From Malacoraja senta (lineage: Eukaryota), in contig CM075997.1 in NCBI GenBank assembly GCA_038087875.1, positions 3,226,001 through 3,290,000 of the forward strand: a DNA stretch of 64,000 nucleotides, written 5' to 3'. Every line of letters begins with the position of its first letter. Positions within the stretch are counted from its first letter, which is position 1. The notes beneath the pieces were generated by a model. The model saw only the letters and a list, made by a program, of their open reading frames with translations, did no database searches and was not told where the DNA came from. Of the stretch, positions 1-13,556 are shown piece by piece. The position numbers and the translations under genes are program-made.

Positions 1-924
1 CTCTCGGCTTGAGTTTAACCCAGCAGAGAATTGGGCTGAGGCGATGGTATCAAACTGGCCTGCGCTGCGGGGGCTTCGAAGACAGTGTAAGGTCATAAGG
101 AATTGGAGTAGAATTTGGCCATTCGGCCCATCAAATCTGCCCCGTGGAGAGAGGGGCTTAACAATGCACCTAGCCCAACCCAGTCCTTGCCCTGTCCCAG
201 TGTGAAGGGACAGTGTAGAGGGAGCTTCACTCTTTTTTCGCCTTCGTCTTAACGAGGACTTTATTCAGTAATTGCAATTTACAGTGTACCGGAGCGTACG
301 AAGACTTTCAATGGTCACATTACACCAGGCAATCATTATACAATGGTGGCATCTTTATCGACAATGCACTCGACCCACCGCGGCGGCCAGCCTTCACGGA
401 AGGCCTCAAGAGTCCCCATGGGCACCGCGTGCTTGCTCCCTCTCACCAGGGACACACGGGCACGGGCGTAGGCCAGGAAGAGGGGCAGGCAGCCGACTCG
501 GGCAGAACCCGCGGCTGCCCGCTGCCTGGAGCCGTGAATGGCCATCTTGGCTAGGCCCATCTTGGCTAGGCCCAGAAGCAAACAGACTCTCCCTCCCACC
601 CTCCCTCCTCCATACCGAGAGACCAAAGATCAGGAGCGTGAGGTTAAAGTGCCAAAACTTGAGGAGCAGCCCTTTCTGATACTCAAACGGGTGCTATCTC
701 TGCCCTGAGAGAGTGTGTGGCAGGCCAGTTCAGGGAGAGCTTCAATTTGTGCCTCACATCGCTCTGTTAAAAGTCTTACCCAAAGAAACAACATGCGTTA
801 CATGAATTAAAGTTACCCTTTCTTGATTAAAGATTCTCTTTGGTTGCCGTGTCAGTGCAGGTGCAAGAGAAAGTGAACGTGAAGCCCAAACCTATGACTC
901 AAACTCGTGCAAAAATGGTTGGGA

Positions 925-1225
925 TTTAGTTTAGAGATACAGCGCGGAAACAATCCCTTTGGCCCACTGAGTCTGCTCTGACCAGCGATCCCAGCACACT
1001 GACACCATCCTGCGCACAAGAGGGACAATTTACAATGTTAACTGAAGCCAATTAACCTACAAATCTGTACGTCTTTGGAGTGTGGGAGGAAACCTGAGCA
1101 CCTGGAGAAAACTCACCCAGTCACGGGGCGAAAGTACAAACTCCGTACAGACAGCATCCGTAGTCAAGATCAAACCTGTGTCTCTGGCGCTGTAAGGCAG
1201 CAACTCTACCACTGTGCCACTAGGC
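925..1225 (-). mobile_element. HE1-like SINE
   Basis: Reverse complement of the same consensus. Confidence 0.85.
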
Positions 1226-1739
1226 TACCTCGCCTTAAATAAAATTACAAATTGGTTTCGCATCTCACACATATTAAACTGTTTATCGCGAATCTGCCAG
1301 GCATGAAATGCCTCAACCCACAATTTCATCAAAGTTAGTTCAAACAATCACCATTCACTCTGACCAAGTCCTGGAGCATGTGGGACCTTCAGAAGGCAAC
1401 GGAGACTCTGGAGTTATGGAAGAATTGTCTCCAGATGCCAAGTCTGATTTTTGGAGGATAGTTTTGCGATTAGAGATTAGAGATTAGAGATTCCTTTATT
1501 TGTCATTCAGACCTTTCGGTCTGAACGAAATTTCGTTGCCTGCAGTCATACATATAATAATAAATAATAAATGCAACGCTAAGATTAATTATGATTCAAT
1601 TTTGTGTCTGGGATAAGGAAGATCAGCAGGAATCTCCACTCCCCATCACACGTCTAGTCAATTATCCTAGGACCGGCTCCCAACACTCCCCATGAAAAAT
1701 GATTTAAAACAAAACAGCTATGTGTACGAGACTTCGACA

Positions 1740-2105
1740 CCATAAGTCACAGGAGAGGATTAGGCCATTCGGCCCATTGAGTCTGCTCCACCATTCAATC
1801 ATGGCTGATCAATCTTCCCCTCTCAACCCCATTCCCCTGCCTTCTCCCCATAACCCCTGACACTCGTACTAATCAAGAACTTATCAATTTCTGCTTTAAA
1901 ACACCCAATGGCCCCCACAGCCGTCTGTGGCAATGAATTCCACAGATTCACCACCCTCTGACTGAAGAAATTCCTCCTCGTCTCCTTTATAAAGGTACTT
2001 CCCTTTAATCTAGATTCTCCCATTACTGGAAACATCCTCTCCACATTCACTCTATCCAGGCCTTTCATTACCCAGTAGGTTTCAATGAGATCCCCTTATC
2101 CTTCT
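1740..2105 (-). mobile_element. CR1 LINE 3' fragment
   Basis: RRNFFSQRVVNLWNSLPQ...FKAEIDKFL; typical 3' UTR. Confidence 0.85.
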
Positions 2106-5009
2106 AAGTTCTAAGGTAAGTATCCAAAGACAAACATAACTACTGCCTTTGCCAGTATTAACCCCTTCGTTAATGCCTGTTTAGTTATACAGGCCCTTTG
2201 GTCCACTGAGTCCACACCGACCAATAATCACCATACACTATGGTTGATTTTTACAAAGGCCAATTAACCAAGAAGGCCGCACGTCTTTGGAATGTGGGAG
2301 GAAACCGGAGCACCTGCAGTCACAGGGAGAACGTGCAAACTCCGTACAGACAGCACCCGTAGTCAGGATCGAACCCTGGTCTCTGGTGCTGGAAGGCAGC
2401 AACTCTACCGCTGCACCACCTTGCAGACTATACTTCAGTAGGGGGAAAAAAGTGCTGGAGTAACTCAACTGGTTCGACAGCATCTCAGTAAATCTATGTT
2501 CACTATCCCAAGCATGGCTTGATGACTAAAAAAACTATGGAGACTTTATTAGAACTACGACCCTAATATCCAAATAAGGTATTTGATATTAAAATGTTAT
2601 GACCAAAAGCATGATCACAGATTTGAGTTTTAACAAGTATTTTAAAAAGCAAGGGAGAGGGGAAGGTGTAAAGAATTGGGGAGAAAATTCCAAGGCTCGG
2701 AACTTGCCTTCAAAAGACACGATCGCCAATTAAAAAAAAACATTCCGTGTTTATTGAAGATAGACAACAAATGCTGGAGTAACTCAGCGGGTCAGGCAGC
2801 ATCCCTGGAGAAAAGGTGTCGGTGATGTTTCAGGTCGGAGCCCTTCTTCAGCCTGAAAGTAGGGGTGGGGGGAATAAGGTGGAGGCGAGAAAAGACCAGA
2901 ACAGATCGGATGGAGTCCATCATGGTCCATTGTTGGCTGGGGAAGGTGTGCTATCGATAGGGGTACAAGAATGCGAACAGCGGAATTGGGGGGACAACTC
3001 GGCTGGGGGAGGAGGAGGTAATGCAGAGGTTATTCTCTGCCTCAGAGGGCGGTGGAGGCCGGTTCTCTGGATACTTTCAAGAGAGAACTAGATAGGGCTC
3101 TTAAAGATAGCGGAGTCAGGGGATATGGGGAGAAGGCAGGAACGGGGTACTGATTGGGGATGATCAGCCATGATCACATTGAATGGCGGTGCTGGCTCGA
3201 AGGGCCGAATGGCCTACTCCTGCACCTATTGTCTATTGTTACTTGAAGTTAGAGAAATCAAATTTCATAGCGCTGGGTTATAAGCTGTTCAAGCGAAATA
3301 AGCAAATTATTAAGTGTGGTGGGTGAGTGTTCAGAAATTAGAACAGTCAAGATCAGTCTGACTGTCCCCGATTACATTTTATCTCTGTTTGCTGTTGTCT
3401 CCTTCTCCTCGCTAACAATGATCTATTCTACATTTTCCTTGACCCTCATCCCCTTTGATCTCTCGTTTTCACACCCTGCACCTCCTTATCTCCCTCTCCC
3501 CTGACTCTCAGTCTGAAGAAGGGTGTCGACCGGATATGTCACCCAGTCCTCTCCAGGGATGCTGCCTGATCCGCTGAGTTACTCCAGCATCTTGTGTCTA
3601 TCTTCGGTGTAAACCAGCATCTGCAGTTCCTTCCTACACATTCCCTTTATGAATGAAGTGGGGCAGGATCCATTTTTGGGGGGTGGTTACTGAGTTGGAG
3701 GTTAAAGTCTTCCTGAAGGTGTAGATTTACGACCAGAACCTCAACTCAAGGTGAAACATGACACTGAATTCAGAAACAAAGTGCTGGAGTAACTCAGCGG
3801 GTCAGGCAGCATCTCTGGAGAACATGGGTAGGTGACGTTTCGGGTCGGAACCCATCACTGAATTCACTGAATTCTCTCGTGGTTAGAGAATGGAATGTCA
3901 TAGGAACAAAGGAAATGGCTTTGGTGCAGCACGGAAACAGGCCCTTCGGCCCACCGAGTCCACACCGACCATCGGTCACCCTTTCACACTAGTTCTATGT
4001 TATCCCACTTTCTCATCCACTCCCTACACAGAGGGCCAATTAATGTTGGGGGGGAAACCAGAGCGCGCAGAGGAAACCCACGTGGTCACAGGGAGAACGT
4101 GCACACTCCACGCAGACAGCGCCCATGGTCAGGATTGAACCCGGGTCTCTGGCGCAGTGAAGCTGCAATAATACCGCTGAGCCACCGTGTCAAGTCAAGT
4201 CAAGTCAAGAGAGTTTATTGTCATGTGTCCCAGATCGGACAATGAAATTCTTGCTTGCTGCAGCACAACAGAATATTGTAAGCAAAAATACAGATCAGAT
4301 CAGTGTGTCCTTATACCATAGAATATATATATACACACATAAATACACAGATAAAGTGCAATAGGCTGTTATAGTTCAGAGTTTGTTTGAAGTTGTGTTT
4401 AATAGCCTGATGACTGTGGGGAAGCAGCTATTCCTGAACCTGGATGTTGCAGATTTCAGGCTCCTGTACCTTCTGCCCGATGGCAGCGGAGAGATGAGTG
4501 TGTGGCCAGGATGGTGTGGGTCCTTGATGATGCTGCCAGCCTTTTTGAGGCAGCGACTGCGATAGATCCCCTCGATGGTGGGGAGGTCAGAGCCGCCAGG
4601 AATTCAGAATGTTTAGTTGGAGGAAATGACTGGATCTTGAATAAGCCTGAAGCCAATGGGTCAGAGGTCATGCCAAAGGGAGGGTGTGATGTCAGAGGTC
4701 AACAATATAAATGTAGAAAATGACACTGAGTTTTAGGGTGGCACGGTGGTGCAGCGGTAGAGTTGCTGCCTTACAGAGCCGTAGACCCGGGTTCAATCCT
4801 GACCTTGGCTGCAGTCTGTACGGAGCCTGTGACCGTGTGGGTTTTCTCTGGGTGCTCAGGTTTCCTCCCACATTCCAAAGACGTGCAGGTTTATAGGTTA
4901 AATGGCTTCGAGAAAATAGTCCCTAGTGTGTAGGATAGAACTGGTGTACAAGGTGATTGTTGGTCGATGAGGGCTCTGTAGGCTGCAGGGCCTGTTTCCA
5001 TATAACCAT

Positions 5010-6420
5010 ATTACAATTACAGCACGGAAACAGGCCATCTCGGCCATTCTAGTCCGTGCCGAACACTTACTCTCACCTAGTCCCATCTACCTGCACTCGG
5101 ACCATAACCCTCCATTCCTTTCCCGTCCATATACCCATCCAATTTATTTTTAAATGATAAAAACGAACCTGCCTCCACCACTTCCTCTGGAAGCTCATTC
5201 CACACAGCTACCACTCTCTGAGTAAAGAAGTTCCCCCTCATGTTGCCCTTAAACTTTTGTCCCTTTATTCTCAAATCATGTCATCTTGTTTGAATCTTCC
5301 CTACTCTCAATGGAAAAAGCTTATCCATGTCAACTCTGTCTATCCCTCTCATAATTTTAAAGACCTCTATCAAGTCCCCCCTTAACCTTCTGCGCTCCAA
5401 AGAATAAAGACCTATCTTGTTCAACCTTTCTCTGTAACTTAGTTGCTGAAACCCAGGCAACATTCTAGTAAATCTCCTCTGTACTCTCTCAATTTTGTTG
5501 ACATTTTTCCTATAATTTGGCGACCAGACTTATACACCATATTCCAGAATTGGCCTCACCAATGCCTTGTACAATTTTAACATTACATCCCAACTTCTAT
5601 ACTCAATGCTCTGATTTATAAAGGCCAGCACACCAAAAGCTTTCTTTACCACCCTATCTACATGAGATTCCACCTTCAGGGAACTATGCACAGTTATTCC
5701 TAGATCCCTCTGTTCAACTGCATTCCTCAATTCGCTACCATTTACCATGTACGTCCTATTTTGATTTGTCCTGCCAAGATGTAACACCTCACACTTATCA
5801 GCATTAAACTCCATCTGCCATCTTTCAGCCCACTCTTCCAAATGGCATAAATCTCTCTGTAGACTTTGAAAATCTACTTCATTATCCACAACACTACCTA
5901 TCTTAGTATCATCTGCATACTTACTAATCCAATTTACCACACCATCATCCAGATCATTGATGTAAACAACAGTGGACCCAACACAGATCCCTGAGGCACC
6001 CCACTAATCACCGGCCTCCAACCTGACAAACAGTTATCCACCATTACTCTCTGGTATCTCCCATTCAGCCACTGTTGAATCCATCTTGCTACTCCACTAT
6101 TAATACCCAACAATTGAACCTTCTTAACCAACCTTCCATGTGGAACCTTGTCAAAGGCCTTACTGAAGTCCATATAGGCTGCCAACATCCACTGCTTTAC
6201 CCTCATCAATTTCCCCAGTAACCTCTTCAAAAAATTCAAGAAGATTAGTCAAACATGACCTTCCAGGCACAAATCCATGTTGACTGTTCCTAATCAGACC
6301 CTGTTTATCCAGATGATTATATATATTATCTCTACGTATCCTTTCCATTAATTTGCCCACCACTGACGTCAAACCAACAGGTCTATAATTGCCAGGTTTA
6401 CTCATAGAACCCTTTATAAA
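5010..6420 (-). mobile_element. CR1-type LINE, 5'-truncated, disrupted reverse transcriptase ORF2
   Basis: ORF pieces PGNYRPVGLTSVVGKLME, YMDFSKAFDKVPH, SGVPQGSVLGP, KYADDTK, LVRPILEY, GLYSLERRRLRGDLIE, FFTQRVV. Confidence 0.95.
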
Positions 6421-7025
6421 CATGTTGTATTTCTAAACTAAACTAAATGTAAATGTAGAAAATGACGCTGGGCTTTTGCCTCTGAGATACAAGTCTGAGA
6501 ATCGCAGGGAAAATCACCTGAGCTAACAATGTGGGACAAGGAGGGGAAGCATTTACTGGAACGTCATGCATTATTCCAATCATAAGTCATAGTTTGATCC
6601 TGACCTCGGGTGCTGTCTGTACTGATTAGTTTAGTTTAGTTTAGAGATACAGCACGGAAACAGGCCCTTCGGCCCACCAGGTCCATGCCGACCAGCGATT
6701 CCCACATATTAACACTATTATTAACACTATTCTACACACACTAGGGACATTTTTTACATTTTTTACATTTTTTACATTTACCAAGCCAATTAACCTACAA
6801 ACCTGTACGTCTTTAGAGGTAGACAAAAATGCTGGAGAAACTCAGCGGGTGAGGCAGCATCTATGGAGCGAAGGAAATAGGCGACGTTTCGGGTCGAGAC
6901 CCAGGGTCTGCTGGAGTAACTCAGTGGGACAGGCAGCATCTCTGGAGAGGAGGAATGGGTGACATTTCGGGTCGAGACCCTTCTTCAGACTGAAGAACAG
7001 ACTGACTGAACCATTATAGGAGGTA

Positions 7026-7385
7026 ATAATAATAATAATAATGGATTGGATTTATATAGCGCCTTTCTAATACTCAAGGCGCTTTACATCGCATTATTCA
7101 GTCACACTCGGTGGTGGTGAGCTACTTCTGTAGCCACAGCTGCCCTGGGGCAGACTGACGGAAGCGTGGCTGCTAATCTGCGCCTATGGCCCCTCCGACC
7201 ACCACCAATCATTCACACACATTCACACACATTCACACACATTCACACACATTCACACGCAGGCAAAGGTGGGTGAAGTGTCTTGCCCAAGGACACAACG
7301 ACAGTATGCACTCCAAGCGGGATTCGAACCGGCTACCTTCCGGTTGCCAGCCGAACACTTAGCCCATTGCGCCATCTGTCGTCCC
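7026..7385 (-). mobile_element. Second tRNA-derived SINE family with an L2-type tail
   Basis: Minus strand: tggcgcaatgg (A box), ggttcgaatcc (B box), gtgtccttgggcaagacactt core, internal (GTGTGAATGT)n, ending aaaggcgctatataaat..(ATT)n. Confidence 0.75.
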
Positions 7386-8163
7386 TAGGTAGACAAAAAT
7401 GCTGGAGAAACTCAGCAGGTGAGGCAGCATCTATGGAGCGAAACGTCACCTACGGACCGAAACGTCACCTATTCCTTCGCTCCATAGATGCTGCCTCACC
7501 CGCTGAGTTTCTCCAGCATTTTTGTCTACCTTCGATTTTCCAGCATCTGCAGTTCCTTCTTAAACAACTGTATGTCTTTGGAGTTCACCCTGTGACCATG
7601 TTGTTTTTTTCCGGATGCTCCAGTTTCCTCCCACACTCTAAAGACATACAGGTTTAAGGTCATAAGGTTGAAAGGAATAGGAGTAGAATTAGTCCATTCG
7701 GCCCATCAAGTCTACTCCGCCATTCAATCACAGCTGATCTATCTCTCCCTCCTAACCCCATTCTCCTGCCTTCTCCCCGTAACCCCTGACACCCGTACTA
7801 ACCAAGAATCTGTTTGTAGACTAGATGGCTTTGGTTAAAATTACAAATTGTCCCTAGTGTGTGTAGGATAGTGTTAGTGTGCGGGGATCGCTGGTTGGCG
7901 ATCGCTGGTTTCCACACTGTAACTCTAAAGTCTAAAGACTAGAGGTTTGATTGTGGAGAGAGAATATTAATGCAAGCTCAACAATAGGCACCTCATCTGT
8001 CAAGCCACATCGCAGCCTTTGGCAGTCCCTATGTAAAACCAAATGCATTGCATTTTCTCTCTCCACGGATGCTGCCTGATCTGCTGACTATTTCTAGCAT
8101 TCTCCTTTATTTCACAAGAGAAATCGGGCGGTACGGTGGCGCAGTGGTCAGCTTGCCGCCTTA

Positions 8164-8761
8164 AGGGGCTGTCCCACTGCGGCGATCTAATCTGCAAGTT
8201 TAGAAGAGTTTGCCCTTGACTCAAACTCGCAGCATGGTCGACATGTGGTCCTATGAGGTCCTATGAGGTTACTAGAACTTTCCTTCATGCTCGAGGGAAG
8301 TGCCCGCCTACTCGCAGCCTCAGCTAGGTCGCGGAAAATTTGGTTGGCATGGTTCTTTTTAACTCGTAGTGCAGTGGAGTGGGGTCGCTATGTAGTTACA
8401 GGCCGTCGAGGGCAGCCGTAGGCAATCTCCTTCGCTGACCGGGCATTTTAATTGGCTCACTGGAGTTTTCAGGACCCAGGAAAACCGACCAGTGGGTTAA
8501 ATGCCCGCTAAACTTTATTATGTTGTCTGACTTCTTAAATGTGTCTCCACTCCTTCTCCACCCCCCTTCTCTCCCCCTTCTCTTCTCTTCTCTCCCCTTC
8601 TCTCTCTCCTTCTCTCTCCTTCTCTCCCCCTCTCTCCCCTTCTCCCCCCCCCTCTCTAAAGGACTTACCGTACACTGTGCAGCCGTCTTTTACCTTCCTG
8701 TTCATCGTGGGTGTGAATTTCAGACTGCGCTCCCTCGCTTTCCCTGGCCCCGCCTTTGCGA

Positions 8762-8851
<90 letters not shown>

Positions 8852-8872
8852 TGCGCGCGTGTGCGAGTGTGC

Positions 8873-8921
<49 letters not shown>

Positions 8922-8958
8922 TGCGTGCATGCGTGCGTGCGTGCGTGTGCACGTGTGC

Positions 8959-9011
<53 letters not shown>

Positions 9012-9050
9012 TGCGTGCGTGCGTGCGTGCGCGCGTGTGCGCGTGTGCGC

Positions 9051-9087
<37 letters not shown>

Positions 9088-9120
9088 CGTGCGTGTGCGC
9101 GTGTGCGCGTGTGTGTGTGT

Positions 9121-9179
<59 letters not shown>

Positions 9180-9216
9180 TGCGTGCGTGCATGCGTGCGC
9201 GCGTGTGCGCGTGTGC

Positions 9217-9297
<81 letters not shown>

Positions 9298-9472
9298 CGT
9301 GTGCGCGTGTGCGCGTGTGTGTGTGTGTGTGTGCGCGCGGTCGATCCAGCTCGCGGTTTCAACGCTGACAGTCGATCCAGCTCGAGGTTTTCCAGGCGAG
9401 TGCCCTCGAGCTTGAGGTTCGAAGACACTCTTCTTAACTCGTGGATTAGGTCGCCGCAGTGGAACAGCCCCT
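8164..9472. mobile_element. PIF/Harbinger-like non-autonomous element carrying a large microsatellite, inserted in a SINE
   Basis: TIRs AGGGGCTGTCCCACTGCGGCGA / TCGCCGCAGTGGAACAGCCCCT; flanks TTA/ATA; splits the SINE head at gcc-tta-cagcg. Confidence 0.8.
8762..9338. repeat. Compound (GT)n/(GC)n/(GTGC)n microsatellite, ~575 bp
   Basis: Direct reading. Confidence 0.98.
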
Positions 9473-11284
9473 ATACAGCGCTTGCAGCGCTAGAGATCCG
9501 GGTTGGATCCCGACTACGGGCACTGTCTATACGGAGCATGTACGTTCTCCACGTGACAGCCTGGGGGTTTTTTCCAAGATCTTCGATTTCCTCCCTCACT
9601 CCAAAGACGTACATGTTTGTAGGTTAATTGGCTTGGCATGATTGTTAATTGTCCCTGGGGTGTGTAGGATAGTGACGTGCGGTGATTGCTGGTTGGTGCG
9701 GACTCGGTGGGCCGATGGGCCTGTTTCCCCGGTGTATCTCTAAAACAAAAACTAAACAAGGGATAAAAGCAGGAAGAAACAAGTTTGTGGGCCAAACGGT
9801 GAAGGATGGGTGAACTGAGATGGCGCTACCAGTGGAGCTTGGTGGAAATATGCGTTTTGGGGGACAATCTCCCAGTTCAATAGTTCAATGATACACAAAG
9901 TACGCAAAGAGTCGCCATGTGTCTGCTGCTGGCAACGTTACAAAAATATTCATTAGGGTCCCGATGGATCCACTTTGTTCTCCCCGCCATGTCTCTCCTT
10001 GTTACTGATACGGGGTACTGATTGGGGATGATCAGCCATGATCACATTGAATGACGGTGCTGGCTCGAAGGGCCGAATGGCCTACTCCTGCACTTATTGT
10101 CTTTTGTCTTTGTCTTTTTGTTCTCACCAGCCTCCCTCCTTGTTCTACGCTGATCCTTCCACCCCACTCCCCCCGGCCCCACCCCCAGGTCCCTCTTTCT
10201 TCTCGGATATTCAAGGACATGGGATCACTGTCCGTCTGGGAGACATTGATGTCCAATGGTGAGGCCATGGCCCAAGGGGAGGTGTGAGGAGCATCACCGG
10301 AGGTGAGGTTCTGCCTCTGTAAGGTGGTCAGGTTGGACAGCACTTGAAGTGGGCACTAATCGTCATCAGTTCGGTGCCAAGTTTTTCCTAGCATTGGATG
10401 AACGAGGAATAGGTTGCTGTGATTTGGTTTAATCTAGTTCAGAAAGGAACTGCAGATGCTGGTTTAAACCAAAGATAGACACAAAAAGCTGGAGTAACTC
10501 AGCGGGACAGGCGGCGTCTCTGGAGAGAAGGAATGGGTGACGTTTCGGGTCGAGACCCTTCTTCAGACTGGTTAGGGAAGTCCATAACCAGTCTGAAGAA
10601 GGGTCTCCACCTGAAACGTCACCCATTCCTTCTCTCGAGAGATGCTACCTGACCCACTGAGTTACTCCAGCTTTTTGCGTCTATCTTCAGCTTATTGTCA
10701 CGTGTACCGAGGTACAACGAAAAGCTTTTTAGTTGCGTGCTAACCAGTCAGTGGAAAGATTATACATGATTACAATGAAGCCGTCCATAGTGTACAGATA
10801 CAGGATAAAGGGAGTCATGTTTAGTGCAAGATAAAGTCCAGTAACGTCCAATTAAAGATAGTCTGAATGTCTCCAATGAGGTAGATTGTAAGTCAGGACC
10901 GTTCTCCAGTTGGTGAGAGGGTGGTTCAGTTGTCTGGGAAGAAATTGTCCCTGAATCTGGAGGTGTGTGCATTTTCACACTTCTTTACCTCTTGCCTGTT
11001 GGGAGAGGGGAGAAGAGGGAGTGACCGGGGGTGAGACTGGTCCTTGATTATGCTGCTGGCCTTGCCGAGGCAGCGTGAAGTGTAGATGGAGTCAATGGAA
11101 GGGAGGATGGTTTGCGTGACGGTCTGGGGTGCGCCCGCAATTTCTCGCGGTCGTGGGTGGAGCAGTTCCCAAACTGAGGTCCCCTCGCGAGGCTTTGACC
11201 ATTTCAATGACAATGGACAATTCCATGCAACTTGGACCTGGGAAGATGATTCGACCCAACAAAACCGATTGATTTTCAAACAGT

Positions 11285-11607
11285 TTTATTAACAATACAG
11301 AATACACAGAGTGCTTTAACACTGAATAAATGGTTAACAAATCAAAGCTCTTTTCCAAACAACCCCGAAGTTTCAGAGTACCGAGAAAGTCAATTTCAGA
11401 AGCAGATTGAATAAGCACCAATACTCAATCACATTATACCAGCCATTTTGTCCTGATTGAAGGACTTTCAAATCTTCTCTGCTTCATTTTATCTCGTGAC
11501 TGACCATGGCTTTCATTTCAGGCCTGGCAAGTTTCAGCGCAATATATATTTTCTAAATTCCTTTCCTATGACCTGAGAGGTCTATATTTTTTTCACGTTG
11601 CTTTATT
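11285..11607 (-). terminator. Candidate HIPK4 polyadenylation signals (AATAAA at 11602-11607 and 11285-11290)
   Basis: tttatt on the + strand in non-repetitive AT-rich sequence downstream of the HIPK4 stop. Confidence 0.55.
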
Positions 11608-11753
11608 ATAAATAAAATGATGCTTACAGTTGAAGATTTAGTGACGGTTTATTTTGTGGCAAATAACCTAGGCATTTGTCACAGTATAAAATCATTTGCA
11701 GTCTTGTCTGATCAGCAGGTGTCGCTGTCTGCATGGCCCACTGGGCAAGAGGA

Positions 11754-11933
11754 CTAATGTTGATTTTCCATGTGTACATAATTCTGGTAACTGTTGCTCC
11801 GAGGCTGTATCTCTTCGTATTCAATGGAGACAGAATCTGTGCTTTCGGGACTCCAGGTCTCACTGCCGTTATTCAACCATTCATTGTCAAAGTTGTCGGA
11901 ATGTTCGGAGTCTTGTTGGCTTGGTTGAGATCT
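11754..11933 (-). CDS. HIPK4: HIPK4 terminal coding exon (RSQPSQQDSEHSDNFDNEWLNNGSETWSPESTDSVSIEYEEIQPRSNSYQNYVHMENQH*)
   Basis: Strong acceptor ctttttactattttacgcag|AGA at 11933. Phase 0 matches the donor at 16057. 59 open codons to TAG at 11756-11754, with an EWL motif as in the mammalian last exon, followed by an AT-rich UTR with AATAAA signals. Confidence 0.8.
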   Translation of the reverse strand, partial: RSQPSQQDSEHSDNFDNEWLNNGSETWSPESTDSVSIEYEEIQPRSNSYQNYVHMENQH

Positions 11934-12337
11934 CTGCGTAAAATAGTAAAAAGATTGATTGCTTCAAGTAGCCCTTTGCATCCCCTCTCTCTCCGTCCCT
12001 CCCCCACCCAAGTCGTTGTACCAGCTTCAAAGCCATCGCGTTGAGTCTCATTGTCTGTAACTCATTTTCACCTAGCCCACAGCTAACAATGGCCAGTTTC
12101 CTTGATCATCGTTTCTTTTTGCATATCTTTCATTCATTTGTTCTATATCTCTCTACAACACCCGTCTGTATCTCTCGTTTCCCTTTCCCCTGACTCTCAG
12201 TCTGAAGAAGGGTCTCGACCCGAAATGTCACCTATTCCTTTTCTCCAGAGATGCTGCCTGACCTGCTGAGTTGCTTCAGCTTTTTGTGTCTATCTTCGGT
12301 TTAAACCGGCATCCGCAGTTCCTTCCTACACAAAGAG

Positions 12338-12444
12338 ATTGATTGATTGATTGATTGATCGATCGATTGATCGAGCGATCGGTTGATCGATCGATTGATT
12401 GATTGATCAATTGATCGATCGATTGATTGATTGATTGATTGATT
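12338..12444. repeat. (ATTG)n/(ATCG)n tetranucleotide repeat
   Basis: Direct reading. Confidence 0.95.
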
Positions 12445-13556
12445 GAACGACACAGCAGCACAAAGGGACGGCATGGTGACGCACCGGTAGAGTTGCTGCC
12501 TTGCAGCACCAGAGACCCAGGTTTGATCCTGACTACAAGTGCTGCCTGTATGGAGTTTACACGTTTCTCCCTCTGACCGCATGGGTTTTCTCCGGGTGCT
12601 CTAATTTGCGGGAAAAATGTGAGAGTAATGCGGGAGCGGAAAAAGAAGCATCTCTGGATAGAAGGAATGTGAGACATTTTGGGTTGAGACTCGACCTGAA
12701 ACGTCACCCATTCCTTCTATCCAGAGATGCTGCCTGTCCCGCTGAATTAATCCAGCGTTTTGTGTCTCATCTTCAGTGTAAACCAGCATCTGCAGTTCCT
12801 TCCTACACATTTCACTACCCTTGTCAGGTGGGCTATGGAGGTTCCGTTACTGAGTATATTCAAGACTAATATTGAAAGATTTTTACATGCTAAGTGATCA
12901 AGGGAAAGGCATTGTGTAGAACGGTGCCGAGGTAAAATGTCATCCATGATCACAATGAATGGCAAGGACAGCTAGCAATGGAACGAATGGCCTACCCTTG
13001 CTTCTCGTTATGTTCTTGTACCCTCATGGTGTCAATGCAAGAGGCTGCAGTCTTCAGTCTGAAGAAGTGACTCGACCCGAAACGTCACCTATTCCTTTTC
13101 TCCAGATATACTGCCTGACCCGCTGAGTTACTCCAGCAGTTTGTGTCTCTATGCAATCTTCACAAGTGTGATTAAGGGTCCCAACCTTAAGTTTAGGATG
13201 TCCATCTCCCACAGATGCTGCCTGACCCACTGAGTTCTGCCAGCACTTTGTGCTTTTGCTCATATTTCGAGTGTATCCATAAGATCATAAGTGATAGGCG
13301 TAGAATTAGGCCATTCAGCCCATCAAGTCTGCTCCGCCATTCCTCCTAACCCCATTCTCCTGCCTTCTCCCCATAACCTCTGTCACCCGAAGGACATCCA
13401 GTCCTGGCTTAATCCCTCTCTGCTCATGAATCCTAGTGAACCTAATCGATCTCCATTATATATCTGGCATTAATCCACTGCCATATATATTGTTGAACCA
13501 AAAAGCTCTCGGGCTCTCTGGCCCAAGAACGTCAGCTGACCACTAGTTGTGTTATG

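Noticed and set aside
8520..9627. Long ORFs of 175-362 aa (VCVC.../THTH...)
   Set aside because: Artefacts of the dinucleotide microsatellite
1..11200. PLD3 exons expected from mammalian synteny
   Set aside because: No PLD3-like translation (HKD motif region or C-terminus) recognised in this interval
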